From a virus, in the IMG/VR virus record IMGVR_UViG_3300021375_000014, positions 31,950-95,949 of that record: a stretch of 64,000 nt of DNA, one strand, 5' to 3'. The position numbers were made by a program, and so were the translations under genes. Below, in pieces: positions 10,367 through 23,000 of the stretch (positions are counted from its first letter, which is position 1; every line of letters starts with the position of its first letter). A model generated the notes under the pieces. It was given only the letters and a program-made list of their open reading frames with translations. It searched no databases and was not told the DNA's origin.

Positions 10367-11363
10367 CTTCTAAGACCTCATATCTATTTTTAGGAAGTAA
10401 TTTTTTACTCATAATATCAAAGTTACAATGACACATACTTTTTGTGCACATTACAGGCTTAGTTGGCCATTTGATATTCTTTGGTAACTTCATATTACCA
10501 AGAGTTCCGCCCACTCTACACCAGCCAATCATTACACTACCATCAAAGTCTACTACAATCTGTTCTATTCCACTCCAACACAACCAACCTTTCCAGTTGT
10601 TTGTCTTATCATTAATAAAACGATGTGCACTGCTATTTTCACTTAAATTATTAACATCATCGTGCATTTGCATACTACCACGATATATAGGCCAAGACTT
10701 TGTATGTTCTATATTACTTGCTAGATCATGCCATTGTCTATCAATGTATCCTATTTGTGCATCAGTATAAGTATAAAGTGTTTCACCAAAATCTATAATT
10801 AACGGTTGCAAAGCAAGGCTAATATTTGGAATACTAATAACGGTTTCAGCAAGGTCTTGACAGATTGGCCATATTTCAGGATCATAATGCATCATTATGT
10901 TTACATGGGTACGACATTGTTCACTCATAATCTTAACTACGTTAAGAAAATGTTCGGCATCGCCTTCTTCTGGATGAAAGCTTAAGCAAACATGATCGAA
11001 TTTCTCTTTGTTCTTTTCCCACCACCGTACGGTACGACTTCCATTACTGATAAATCCAATGTCGTGTCCAATAGATTTAATATATTCAGCACACTTAATA
11101 AAATCTTTCCATAAGGTTACTTCTCCTCCAGTAAATTCGAAATATACTTTACGAGGGGAATAATGTTCTACAGTGGCATCAATGAATTCATGAATAATTT
11201 TAAAATCATTCCATCCAAAACTACCATCATTTAGTATACTAGGACAATATGAACAAGTAAAATTGCACATATTACCCAAATTCCAATTCACAACTACCCA
11301 ATCTTTACACTCACTGTGATGATGATCTAGTCGATTATAAAAGTCTTGTGGTCCTAAGGGCAT
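10356..11363 (-). CDS. radical SAM protein with C-terminal twitch-like domain
   Basis: CNFTCSYC, FTGGE, SNGSR, C-terminal WKGWLC..C..CTKSMCHC. Confidence 0.85.
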   Translation of the reverse strand: MPLGPQDFYNRLDHHHSECKDWVVVNWNLGNMCNFTCSYCPSILNDGSFGWNDFKIIHEFIDATVEHYSPRKVYFEFTGGEVTLWKDFIKCAEYIKSIGHDIGFISNGSRTVRWWEKNKEKFDHVCLSFHPEEGDAEHFLNVVKIMSEQCRTHVNIMMHYDPEIWPICQDLAETVISIPNISLALQPLIIDFGETLYTYTDAQIGYIDRQWHDLASNIEHTKSWPIYRGSMQMHDDVNNLSENSSAHRFINDKTNNWKGWLCWSGIEQIVVDFDGSVMIGWCRVGGTLGNMKLPKNIKWPTKPVMCTKSMCHCNFDIMSKKLLPKNRYEVLEDAD

Positions 11364-11543
11364 CTACTTATCTTTGTCCATTTTATTATTCATTTGTTCT
11401 TCCAAACGTTGCACAGATTGTAATATTTCCCATAGTTTCCAATCCATAGTTTTTGCTAATTCTAAAATTTCAGCATTAAATTCATTGTTATTTTCTTTGA
11501 CTTCATCAATTGGTGCATCCAATAGTCTTATTTTCTTAACCAT
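11364..11543 (-). CDS. small hypothetical protein (59 aa, not in ORF track)
   Basis: AGGAG RBS; MVKKIRLLDAPIDEV...MDWKLWEILQ; its stop abuts the next ATG. Confidence 0.75.
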   Translation of the reverse strand: MVKKIRLLDAPIDEVKENNNEFNAEILELAKTMDWKLWEILQSVQRLEEQMNNKMDKDK

Positions 11544-11571
11544 AATTATCTCCTAGGTTATAATTTTATTT

Positions 11572-12528
11572 TTATCTATCCCAACCGGTTGATTTTTCAG
11601 TTGCCAGTGGATTTCCTACACGCTTGGGATTTATGTAAACTAATTTAAAAAAGTTTGACATTTCTGCTGTTGGATCACATAATTCCATTCCTAGCATTTC
11701 TGATAATTTATCACCTAATTCTAATGATTTATCATATAACAAGTCTTCATCGAATTCAGAATTGTCTGACAAAAATTCTGGATATATATCATCATGAAAA
11801 TAAGATTTGAACCAATCATAATCACTAATACTTTCAGTGATAAAGGTTTCATCGAAGTTGACACGATAACATCCCAGACGCGCACCATATATTGCCCATA
11901 AACCATTTTCTATATCTGCACCAATATTACACCAGGTAAGTAATCGATGATAATTCTTTGGCCAAACTTTAGTTTTAAATTTAGAAGGTTCAATAATTTT
12001 GCCTTCATCCAACGACATTTTAACACCTTCACGAAAACCACTACGAAATGCTTGAAATGGTGATCCACTATTAAATATCATTGAATATGTATTATTCATT
12101 TGCTTGTAATCTAAATCCCAACAAAAGTCAAGTTTTTTAGTTTCATTATCTGCATTCTCATGAGTCCGCATATCTAACACAAGTTGTACAGGCCAGCATT
12201 TAATGCCACCATTGCCATATACTAATCCATTTGTTATGTTCTTTGCGCCCCAGGATATTACACTTTTACTTATATCAATGTTGGTAGGAAAATTCAATAC
12301 AAGATCAAAGAATTTTTCATCAACGATATTATCACCATCAATAGTTATAAATCTATCTGATTTACTTTCACGCGCACAAGCCTTATGTGCATTATCAAAT
12401 CCTTTTACGCCATCAATACGTTTTGCGTGTGGATACTTCTTCAATAAATCGACATAATGCTCTTCTTTGTTAGGTTCATCATAACTAAGATAAAAAATAT
12501 CTAAGTCTTTAATTGTAATTGTAGTCAT
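11572..12528 (-). CDS. glycosyltransferase-like protein (GT-A fold)
   Basis: SYDEPN, GVKGFDNAHKA, DxD motif (IDGDN). Confidence 0.6.
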   Translation of the reverse strand: MTTITIKDLDIFYLSYDEPNKEEHYVDLLKKYPHAKRIDGVKGFDNAHKACARESKSDRFITIDGDNIVDEKFFDLVLNFPTNIDISKSVISWGAKNITNGLVYGNGGIKCWPVQLVLDMRTHENADNETKKLDFCWDLDYKQMNNTYSMIFNSGSPFQAFRSGFREGVKMSLDEGKIIEPSKFKTKVWPKNYHRLLTWCNIGADIENGLWAIYGARLGCYRVNFDETFITESISDYDWFKSYFHDDIYPEFLSDNSEFDEDLLYDKSLELGDKLSEMLGMELCDPTAEMSNFFKLVYINPKRVGNPLATEKSTGWDR

Positions 12529-13097
12529 AATAATCTTTTATCCTTTATTGAATAAGTTTCTAGTATCTCTTCAGTTATATACATACTTATGTCATCGTAT
12601 TTATGTATGTAGTTAATTGTATATTTTTCACCAGAAATTAACTTTTCATAATTTAAATTTACAGCATCAATTATAAAATCAGGCTCGTCTTTTAATGTAA
12701 TATAGAAATTTTGATTTAACTTAGCAAGCAATGTGGTGTCTACCGATATATCTTTTGCTAACTGAAATGAAAATCCTGTGTCAATAATATCAATAATAAT
12801 TGTCGGATTAAACATTGTTTTCAATTTTTGTATATTATTTTTTATATGTATAGGTTTTTTTCTATCTTTTTGAACAATATAATAACTCACTGTATCATTT
12901 TTGTAAATGACATGGAAATCATCAATTTTTCGTGTGCCATCTAATAAAATACTAATATCAGAAGTTTTAAAGTATGCATATGTATTATTACTATCAGAAC
13001 ACACACGGTTTTCAAATGATTCGATTGTGCCATTATCGTCAAAATAAACTATCTTGTAATCATCAGAGTCCTTTATATTTTTTATACACTCGAACAT
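12525..13097 (-). CDS. hypothetical protein
   Basis: 190-aa ORF overlapping its neighbours. Confidence 0.65.
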   Translation of the reverse strand: MFECIKNIKDSDDYKIVYFDDNGTIESFENRVCSDSNNTYAYFKTSDISILLDGTRKIDDFHVIYKNDTVSYYIVQKDRKKPIHIKNNIQKLKTMFNPTIIIDIIDTGFSFQLAKDISVDTTLLAKLNQNFYITLKDEPDFIIDAVNLNYEKLISGEKYTINYIHKYDDISMYITEEILETYSIKDKRLL

Positions 13098-13942
13098 AAT
13101 ACTACATCCTCATATTTTTCAATAATTGAATCTGTGAGCCAATCTTTTTCTACATAATGAAATGGCATTATTATTTCTTGATTATTAACAACAATTCTCA
13201 AATCATCAGTTACATAACTTGGCAATGTTTTATTCCAAGCAGAAGATATACTTCTATTTGGTATATTCTGTACGTGACTTTTCATATGTACAAATTTGGG
13301 AACAACTGAGTTGATAGTAATAGAACTATTTGATGGGAACAACTTTGCAGCCAGAGAGAATGCAATATCAGCACTTATCCAATCTTGCCCTTCATCATCC
13401 AAGTATGCATTATAGTAATAATCCCAATTTTCCATAATATCTTGAACTAATCTAAAGTATTGAAATGATTTTTTAGATTTATTAAAGTAAGTAAAATTAC
13501 TGTATATGTCAGGAAGTTCACAACTTGTAAATTTTTTACGATAATAATCACTTGTTACTGGTTTATCTCTAAATGTTCTGGCATTGGAACATAAGCATAC
13601 ATCCGATGAGGCTAGAATGTCCCACCAATGATCGACTGACGCAGTAAACAACTGGTCAGAATCGAGTATAATAGTTTGGTCGAATGGAGACATATGAATA
13701 TATTTCCATTTATTTTCTATTTTCCATGTCGAAGATGCCGCATTATCTTTCCAGGGTATATCAATTATGTGGTCAAATATATCGATATGCTTTTGTTCTA
13801 ATCTATCGCCAGTCTTGTTATCAACACAAAGACAAACTAAATTTTCTTCTTGTGTTGCTTTTATACTCAGCGCCAACGCATATGACAATCGCAAGTGGTC
13901 AACATCTGAATTTTGAGCAATTATAATGTAACCTCTACTCAA
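13082..13942 (-). CDS. glycosyltransferase-like protein (GT8/nucleotide-diphospho-sugar transferase-like)
   Basis: SPFDQTIILDSD (DxD), FVHMK. Confidence 0.65.
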   Translation of the reverse strand: MSRGYIIIAQNSDVDHLRLSYALALSIKATQEENLVCLCVDNKTGDRLEQKHIDIFDHIIDIPWKDNAASSTWKIENKWKYIHMSPFDQTIILDSDQLFTASVDHWWDILASSDVCLCSNARTFRDKPVTSDYYRKKFTSCELPDIYSNFTYFNKSKKSFQYFRLVQDIMENWDYYYNAYLDDEGQDWISADIAFSLAAKLFPSNSSITINSVVPKFVHMKSHVQNIPNRSISSAWNKTLPSYVTDDLRIVVNNQEIIMPFHYVEKDWLTDSIIEKYEDVVLCSSV

Positions 13943-14799
13943 TTTGCCATACCATATTCAAAGAAACTGTCTATATTTTTCATAATGCTTCCCTTGTTCA
14001 TTATGTGCAAATCAGTATTCTGAATCCTAACCATATTGCCACTTTTTTTATTCATCTTAGTAAGCATTAAAATATTAGTCGGACTATCAATTCTAAAGAT
14101 TCTATCTGTATCAAAACTATTCATCAAGCAATTTATAGGCAATTTAGGAACAATATCATTCATACCATTTGTAATAATATGAAGTGCAATTGAAAACGTA
14201 TGGTCATTACGATATAATTTTATATCACAGGAATACTTTTTATAATACCACTTCCAATTATTTTTTATGATATCAACCATACTAAATAACATTGAAGTAA
14301 ATTCACTCTTTCTAAAATAAAGTAACGTTGCCCAATACATGTCAATGCTGGTGTTAGATATTTTAATAACGCTATCTAAATTATTGTTAGAAATATCAGA
14401 ATAGTTTTTAGTAATCATGAAATCGTTTTTACTTCCCCATACACCATCCAATACATCAGACATTATAAAATAATCACAATCAATTACTAGAGTTTCATCA
14501 TACGGTGATAAGTTATAAACATTTCCTCTATTAGTATTAATAAATTTCGCATTTACTGAATCACTATAAGTATCATGATATTTACGAGTAGTGGCATCAG
14601 TGGGAACTGGTACTATGATGGTTCTATCAAAATACATATTAACTAATTCTTCATTGCCAGATAATGATTCTTTATCTGTAACTAAACATATTTCATGAAA
14701 TCCAGACAAGTTTCTTCTTGCATAGCCTGCACTTGCACATGCTATCATAACATAATCTATATACTTATTATTATGGGAAAATATTATTATACCATTCAT
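13939..14799 (-). CDS. glycosyltransferase-like protein, paralogue of the adjacent gene
   Basis: SPYDETLVIDCD (DxD), RNDHTFSIA, HIMNK. Confidence 0.65.
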   Translation of the reverse strand: MNGIIIFSHNNKYIDYVMIACASAGYARRNLSGFHEICLVTDKESLSGNEELVNMYFDRTIIVPVPTDATTRKYHDTYSDSVNAKFINTNRGNVYNLSPYDETLVIDCDYFIMSDVLDGVWGSKNDFMITKNYSDISNNNLDSVIKISNTSIDMYWATLLYFRKSEFTSMLFSMVDIIKNNWKWYYKKYSCDIKLYRNDHTFSIALHIITNGMNDIVPKLPINCLMNSFDTDRIFRIDSPTNILMLTKMNKKSGNMVRIQNTDLHIMNKGSIMKNIDSFFEYGMAN

Positions 14800-15206
14800 T
14801 ATATTTCTAATGCTATTTCAATTTTTGATGAACTACGCAACTGTTCATACTGCATATAAAAATCATTCACAACTTCAAAATATTTACAAGAGACAGTTTC
14901 TAATAGTTCGACAATATCATTTATTCTAATAGGCAAATTATTTCTATCTAGAATGACAATGGTTTTCTTATTATTTTGTACAGCATAATTCAAGAATCCA
15001 ATAAATTCTTGAGTTATATCAAACGATCCACCATTTTCATGATGTATTAGAGCAGTTGAAACTTTATCTTGCATAATCTTTTTATTAAGATTAAATGTAC
15101 ACAATGTGTTTCTATAGGATAAAATATCTTGTAAATCTTCCATTATAATAATTCCACTAATATTAATCTCTTCTACTATATCATAGCAAGACCAATATGT
15201 CAACAT
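14799..15206 (-). CDS. hypothetical protein
   Basis: ORF in operon; true start may be the internal MEDLQ. Confidence 0.6.
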   Translation of the reverse strand: MLTYWSCYDIVEEINISGIIIMEDLQDILSYRNTLCTFNLNKKIMQDKVSTALIHHENGGSFDITQEFIGFLNYAVQNNKKTIVILDRNNLPIRINDIVELLETVSCKYFEVVNDFYMQYEQLRSSSKIEIALEI

Positions 15207-15223
15207 AAATTATTAATAATTTA

Positions 15224-16267
15224 TTAATCTGATATTTCTGAAATATCAGATATTATATTATAAATTGGCATTTCAGTGATAACGCCAAGACTACTACTAT
15301 CAGAATCATCAGCACGTTTCTGTGATAATTTAATTGATAAATCTCCAATAACATAATCTCCATTTGTAGTTCCAATTGGATCTGTTGGCAATACACCATC
15401 ACCACAGTAATAACCGCCATAGCTAAGTTCGGTTGAAGTGTCACAATTTGTCATTGTTACATTAATTTCTATATTAGCATCGCCAGAAAGTTTAGCGTAA
15501 ACAGTTACTGAATTTCCATTAAAACTTGGATTTTCTAACGCAGAATACACACGATTATAAATCTGTTGCCAGTCTGCAGTTAGACTTGTAAATCCAGGTC
15601 CAGACGTGCCAATTCCAGTTGATGAAACGGTTTGGGAATGTCCAATAATTATAACACCGATTGAATCAAATAGATTACTCCATGCGATACTAGGAATATA
15701 TAATGGAGCACTATCTATTAATAAGTCGGCAGTAATTCTAATATCGCCGCCAGCATTAAAGTGCCACCGTCTTGCATCTTCACTTGCAAATTTAGTATTA
15801 AATATTATATTCTTACCTATATTCGAAGTTTTCCATAACTCATCTGGATCATTTGTTTCTAAATTATCAACATATGTTTGCTGCACACTAGAAACATTGT
15901 TTTGAACTGACATTTTTCCTAAATTAGAAGTTAATTTATTTGTTCTAATAGATTCTATATCTGTACGAATCGTATCGATATGATATATTATATCATCTAA
16001 AGAATCAAAATCGCCTTCGAATATATTACTAAGCGTAGTGAGTGTTGTTCCTTGATGCGATGCAGAAAAAGTCATTGCATAAAAAAGTTCCATCCAGTTC
16101 TTTTTAAGTAATCTCTGCCCTTTATTAACATGATTAACAAAAAGTTGGTCTTGTCCATATCCAGAATCACCTGCGCCTATACCAACAATTTCATTTATAT
16201 CGTTTGCTAATAAATTAAAATCATCAGATGTGAATTGACTACTTATGGGATAACTTTGCGGGGACAT
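15224..16267 (-). CDS. virion structural protein (tail/baseplate-associated)
   Basis: GDSGYGQ and RWHFNAGGDIRI motifs as recalled from jumbo-phage structural proteins; context. Confidence 0.55.
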   Translation of the reverse strand: MSPQSYPISSQFTSDDFNLLANDINEIVGIGAGDSGYGQDQLFVNHVNKGQRLLKKNWMELFYAMTFSASHQGTTLTTLSNIFEGDFDSLDDIIYHIDTIRTDIESIRTNKLTSNLGKMSVQNNVSSVQQTYVDNLETNDPDELWKTSNIGKNIIFNTKFASEDARRWHFNAGGDIRITADLLIDSAPLYIPSIAWSNLFDSIGVIIIGHSQTVSSTGIGTSGPGFTSLTADWQQIYNRVYSALENPSFNGNSVTVYAKLSGDANIEINVTMTNCDTSTELSYGGYYCGDGVLPTDPIGTTNGDYVIGDLSIKLSQKRADDSDSSSLGVITEMPIYNIISDISEISD

Positions 16268-16277
16268 TCACCACTCC

Positions 16278-16952
16278 TTAATTTACTTGAATCGTTATGG
16301 TATAGTCAATAATAATTGTTCTATTTGCTGACAACAATACCGGATGGAATGTGACATGAGTCAACATTGTTGTTTTTGATTCATCCATGTCGCCATTAGT
16401 AGTTACTCCAGCCATTAGTCCTATTTCATCAATTGTAAACGCATTCACACTTAGTGTATCTGGCGAACTATCTGTTTCTGGTAAATTTAAACTGGGATCA
16501 ACTATTTTAACTGCATCTTCATATGCGGTGTGGTTAACTTCAACAGAACATACAATCTTAGCAGTATTTGCGGGAACGGATTCATTACTATCCATCTCCT
16601 CACCTGCATAATAAACTGTATTAACTGTCTCCTGTTCATACACCTTTGCATAAAGCGTTGAATTACTTGCAGTTATGGGAAGTTGATCATAATTTCCAAA
16701 AACTCTAGGTGCACGATATTCTAATGTAGTGGTAGAGTTACTACCACCATTGCCGAAAGCCATCCAATTAACTATGGGAGGCGCGCCAGCAGAGTTAACG
16801 CTTGTAGGTTTACCTGCTAGTGCGGATGCAAGAACATAAGCCATATTACCTGGATGTATCGCATTCTTTTTTTCCAAGAGTACCTTTCCAGTATCTTTAT
16901 CATATATTTTAACTTTACCAACTATCTGGGATGTCACTTCATCATTAAACAT
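16278..16952 (-). CDS. baseplate/tail-associated structural protein
   Basis: KKNAIH, MAFGNGG, IDEIGL, THVTFHPV..SANR..IDYTI; preceded by a late promoter. Confidence 0.6.
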   Translation of the reverse strand: MFNDEVTSQIVGKVKIYDKDTGKVLLEKKNAIHPGNMAYVLASALAGKPTSVNSAGAPPIVNWMAFGNGGSNSTTTLEYRAPRVFGNYDQLPITASNSTLYAKVYEQETVNTVYYAGEEMDSNESVPANTAKIVCSVEVNHTAYEDAVKIVDPSLNLPETDSSPDTLSVNAFTIDEIGLMAGVTTNGDMDESKTTMLTHVTFHPVLLSANRTIIIDYTITIQVN

Positions 16953-16988
16953 TTCGGTCTCTCTTCTTTGTTATATCAGAACTTAAAG

Positions 16989-16996
16989 TATTTATC
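16989..16996 (-). promoter_or_regulatory. T4-like late promoter (GATAAATA)
   Basis: variant of TATAAATA about 37 nt upstream of ATG16952. Confidence 0.6.
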
Positions 16997-17014
16997 ATTT
17001 TAGTTATATACATA

Positions 17015-20000
17015 TTATATTATGTGCTTATCTACTTGTTCTGCCATAAACTGTATTGTTTCGATGTTTGATACTATATGTACAGTATCACCAACTTGAA
17101 TATCTAGGCATGTGCCGTTAAATAATCCACGTTCATTAATTTGTAATACGCTTCCATCTTTTTTATTATAGTGCATAAACTCTAATTTATTTTCGGCATT
17201 TTCAACTATTATTAGATAAACAGTGTTTGCAATTGCGTGTTTAAACTTTGTTTCATCTGCAATCTCGATATTTCTATAACCGTGGTCATTTGTTACTGCT
17301 ACTACTGTATCGGTATCAATACTATGCATAAAGTGTCCACGTCCAAGTCTATCATACACTATAAATGAACGCTTGTCAATTACTGCAGTACCAATACCGC
17401 CCACAATACTTGAATCATATTCATCCACTCTTACAATTGCAGACTCTAAAATTCTACTATCTACTAGTCCAGTATCTATACCACCTTTCGTCGCAGTAAC
17501 TTCGTATGGATGACGTAATAATGCACCTTGCTCGTAGCTACCATCTGCTATATTTGGATGGTCATCATCTGGTGCAATACCACCATCATATGTATTATAA
17601 TCGTACCTACTATAATCGCCACCCAAATCAATTTTTAAATTCATATGATGTGAACTATCTACATCAGCATTAACAGTTTCACTTAGCGGATAAATTCTGT
17701 CAGTGTTTCTAAGTTTAACATGATATGGTTTTGCTTCCAATACATACTCAATTGTATCATCAAATGTATCGTTCTGATATATTGCATATTGTCTTAATGG
17801 TTTGTTCATTAAGATTAAGTCAATATAACTCGTTTTGAACAACCACTCAGGATGTTCTCTTTCAGTATACATGTATGATAACATATCAAAAAATAAATCT
17901 TTAATAACTTTATTTTCTGAATAAGAATAAAGCATATTAATAAATTCGTGCACTTGTACATTAATAACATTAGTGTAATATTGTGAAATAGTATTAGCAT
18001 TTCCTGTCTGACCAGGTATTGCAATATTATTAAAATCTATATTAAGCGCACCGTTAATCTTGTTAACCATAGTGATTTCTTCAGGTGAACCATAACCAAA
18101 GTAAACTTCTTCATACTCAGGATTTACTACACCAAAAGAACGTATACCAGAATTAAACATACTAATCATATCAATATCTCGGGTATTACTCAGATATTCA
18201 AATTGAGTTATTTCTTTGTAATCTGGATGTTTATACCAATCAATTGAATTGAAAATGTAGTGGTTTAATTTAATGTAATCTTTGTAAAATGGATATTCGG
18301 TTTCTATTAACACAGTGCCTAACATCGTGTTTACAACTGTTGAAAAATTATTTCTAGCATTTGTCAGGTTTTTATACCAAGAGTTGGAGATTGCGCCGAC
18401 TTGATAAACTCTGACAACATCACCTACTATAACATTGAATGTGTTATTAATTCTTAATTCGGTGCCATTTAAGTTAAAGTTTGTAAGTTCTAAGAACTCA
18501 TTATTAACTGAAATTGCAAGATTTTCGGGCGACAAGTCAAGCAAGAAATCAATTGAAAGTAATGCGCCATCATTGTCTAAATTTGGGTAATCGATTATAA
18601 TTTGTTTTAAATTTTCAATTTTAGAATCTGCAATACTATTTTTAAAATCTTCTAAATATTTGGACATTATAGGCTTTGTAGATTCTCTTGATAATAGTTC
18701 CCAGTCATCGTGCCTGCCTTGATTATTAGATGCAATGCTATATTCAGTTGTCACTGTTATTGTACTATTTAATGACCGAGAGTTATAATTTAAGATTATA
18801 GTATTATTATCAATTGGTATAAATTTATGTTTAATTTGTCCAGTCTCAATAATCATTTTAATTTCATCAGTACTATATTCTTTTTCGTATCTAGGCAATG
18901 TACCAATTGAAGTCCAATAATAATATGTTGTTACTTCTTTATTCTTAACTGGATCCCATTCTTTTTCTTGATTGAACCAAGTAATACCAACAGGAAGTAC
19001 ATTGTTCTTAACCCATTGCTTGATCTCTACTACCGAACCGTCAACAATTTTACCCCAGTTACGCATTGCATACTCAACCGAGATATTGCCATTGGCATCA
19101 CCATAATCATTGTATCTATAAAAACGTGTGCTAGTAGTATCCCACCAAATTTCACCTAAATGTTCTTCTAACCACAAATCGTTACTTAGATATTCATCAT
19201 ACTTAGCAGGATCATTCCAATCTACATAATCAATATCTTTCATGACTTTGCCAGGTAATTTTAAGTTTAGCGGATCATACAATGTATGAATTATATGTTC
19301 TTCTCCATCTGTTACGATAACTCTGTTAACATTGCTAACATCTACTTCATTTGCTTTTCTATTAACAATTTCAATATTACCAATCGCGGTTCTATTCAGT
19401 ACTGCCCAATCGTTTAGACCGGGATATGAGTCTGCCCATATTTTACTAGCAGTATTTAATCCTAAATCATTATAGAATTCATCAAATGTCGCACCATTAT
19501 ATCCTGGAGTAAATCTAACTGATTTCCATCTCATAACTTTAAAGTTTGCATTACTGGTAACACTGGTATATTCTGTGTAAAACCCTATCTTGTCTAACAA
19601 ATTTTGAGAAGTGCCAGCAAAAGATAATTGTAATGCCGGACTTGTTATAATGAAACGTCCATCAGATGATATACTTGCTGTTAACGTAGATGATTGTTGA
19701 TTAATTATATCTCTAAATGTAAGAAGTGATGAATTTGCTAGACCCGAAGTTAAATATTCCCCTTCGGATATTCCTAAATCATCTAGTGGATTACCAGTTA
19801 CATCAGAAATAATTACCTTAAATTCATCACCTGATATCAATAATCGATCAACAAATGCTATACTAGCAACTAAATTAGTTTCAAGTGATAGTATAGAATT
19901 TATATCATCTACAATATTATCCAACATGTTAGAAGTTATCGTATTAGAAGTGAATCCTAGACGCACCATTGATCCATTATTCAAAGGATCAGATACCACC

Positions 20001-23000
20001 AACGTAGAACCTATAGAAATAATTTTTAATTTACCAGTTTCAACTGTTGCATTAACATCTGGTATACTCAAGTCATTTATTTGCTGTGCAATACTTGCGG
20101 CAGTAGGCGGCAATTCGGATTGATATGTAGTACTAGGAAAACCAAACAAACTAAATTCGTTTCCACCTAGTGTCATAGTAGGCAACAATGTGGATATAAC
20201 CAATTTATCAACATTAATGTTAGCAGTAACATCATCCTGTAAATTTATCTGTTCTGCCAAATTACCTAATTTAGTTTCTGTATATGGCGTTGCAGTAATT
20301 AAACCTAACTCGATTGCTGCTTGTCCTTGAATTGTCACCGAAGGTGCAGACGAAGTTAAAACTAATACGTTTCCAATATCTTGTGCACTCACATCTGCAG
20401 ATGCTATATTAATAGTATCTACTATATCAGTTAATGTTATAGTAGTACCACTGTAAACAAATGCTATTGTTTGTCCGTTAATTTGAATAGATTTAGTTTC
20501 ATCAAAAGTTGGTGACACAACTGTACCCGTTACTGTAATATCCTGTATTACATAACTTGATGATGCAGCACTGCCTACCTGTACAGACAATTCAGAACCT
20601 GAACTTATGTTATCTTCTGTAGTAAGTGTTGATGTTGCTTCAATCGTACCATTATCTGTTGCTTCCACAACAAGGGCAACATCATTAATAGTAATGCTAT
20701 CGCCGTCATTTGAGGTGACGTTATTAGTTGCGTGGATGCTGTTTCCAGAAAATGTTATTAATGTGTTTGTATTTTTTATAATATCATTTTGATCATAAAC
20801 AATTATAGATATCTGCTCTCCCGATGTTACGATTGGATTAGATGTAGCATCTGCACCGCCAATTGTTATATCAGTAGTAGAAATCGTATCTTCTATATAT
20901 GTATAACTATTACCATCAATAACTAAAACTTCACCTTCAATAATCTGTACATTTGAATTCAGACTGATTGCTTCAACGCCAGCATTTTCACTGGTAGGTA
21001 CAAATATACTATTCTGGGAACTTGCGTCGATTTCAACTGTAACCGGTTCAAAATCAGTATCAAATACCAGATATTTGTAAACAGTTATACCGTCGAATGA
21101 TTCAGTGCCATCGTCTACAATGTTATAATATCCGTTTAATTCTGGATCAATTTCTTCATTAATTATTCGCAAATAAACTGTTTCTGTAGTATCAATAGAC
21201 GAAGTGACAACAATGTATAATTGAGAATCCTCTGTTTCACCGATATAAGATATTTCAGATACTTCACTGAGTTTTCTTACATCCCAATCTCTAAGATTAT
21301 CGAATTGTATCCAAGCCAAATCACCTTCATAATAATTTTCACTTACCGTTGTTTCTAATATTGTTGAGTTTCTAACAATATAATTCACATCTTTGCTATC
21401 TACGTATCCTGTCGTTTTTATAGGTGTAGTTCTTCTAGTTGTTTTGTATTCAAATAAATTTTGATTATCATATGTAATAGAGAACGGATCACGGTATATC
21501 AACGCAGTATTAATATTTTTACTAACCGATGCATTTCTATTTAAGTTTCCATACTCGCCTAATTTAAATGCCCATACGTCATTTGAACTTACCTCACTGA
21601 AATTAGAATTGGTATTAACAATTTTATTTAAACTACCAGGCGTTCCTTTATCACTGATAAAACCTTTATAAAATTCTAATTGAGATTCGCGTTCCATTAA
21701 ATGATTTGACAGATATGCTCGTGGCGTAAATCCTATATGACTTGCTTTAATGAGATTAACGTTTGATAAACTTTGGTCTACAATCGTGTCTCTGTGGAAC
21801 TTGGTATCCGCTACCATGGTCTCAAAATTTGGTATTAATGTGTTTTGATAAACTATATAACCGTCAGTACTTAGTGTTCCATCCCAGTCGCTAGTTCTGT
21901 TACAATCAATAATCATGCGCAAGTTTCTATTGTGTGAGATTGGATCATATATTATATCTCCATAGTTGTCAACACGATCAACAACGTAGGCGTGTTCAAC
22001 ATCAACAATATCAATTTTCATTCCATAAACTGGAATTGTCGATTCCCACATTATAGCATCGCCATCGGAATAGAATGTTATTGCTGTATTAGATATTTGT
22101 CTACCAGCACTATCAAGTACTCTATAGAAATTCTTATTTGTTTCACGCTGTACACTTGCAACACCGTATGGTGCAGAGAAACGACCAGACAATAATATTG
22201 GAGTTAGAGTAATAAATTCACCTACATCATGATTTTCTGCACTCCAATCTAGAAATTTAACTAATAAGTTTTCAAAATCTACATTTTCGCCCAACTCATT
22301 TGTATCTGTGAAACTCCAACCCACCGCATTTAAATAATCTTGATACCCAATCAACAGTTGTGCAATTTCATCAAGTGAGTAAAGTACATCGCCATAATTG
22401 TGGGTACGAATTTGATCTGGTAATGTTTCCTTGTATCCGGTTGCAGTCACTTGATTGACTCTGGGCCATGATACCAACCGTTTCCAATAATCATCCAGGT
22501 CATCATTAAACGCTGCAGAACCGGTGTGATCCGAGAGAGAAATATAAGGTACCCCATCATAAACAGTGTAAGAATCTAGCGTGTAAAATGAACCTGCTTG
22601 CCAATCATTAATGATTGCTTCATCTCCTAGTGTGCTCCACGATTTGGCCGGTGATGTGGTATCCCAGTTCATACTATAAAATTGTGGATTAAATTCATCA
22701 TATCCATTAATTCTATATCCGTAATTTTTGACTTGTGGTTGAGATATCAATGTCCACGCATTGTAATCAAAATTAATCACAGTAGATAATTCTTTATCTG
22801 TTGGTTGAACTATTTTTCTTTTATAATATCTATTATCAGAAGAATTATAAACAACATCACCCTGACGATAAGATTGTATATCTGATAAACTATATATCGG
22901 ATATGATACATCTAGCGATACTTTTTCTATTACAATAGCACTAAAACTCTCACTGCGATTTGGTTCACCTGTATGGATGAACAAGTCATAGTTGTCTTTT

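Noticed and set aside
11374-11556. Plus-strand 60-aa ORF in the track
   Set aside because: It is the antisense of a better-supported minus-strand gene (11364-11543) with an AGGAG RBS
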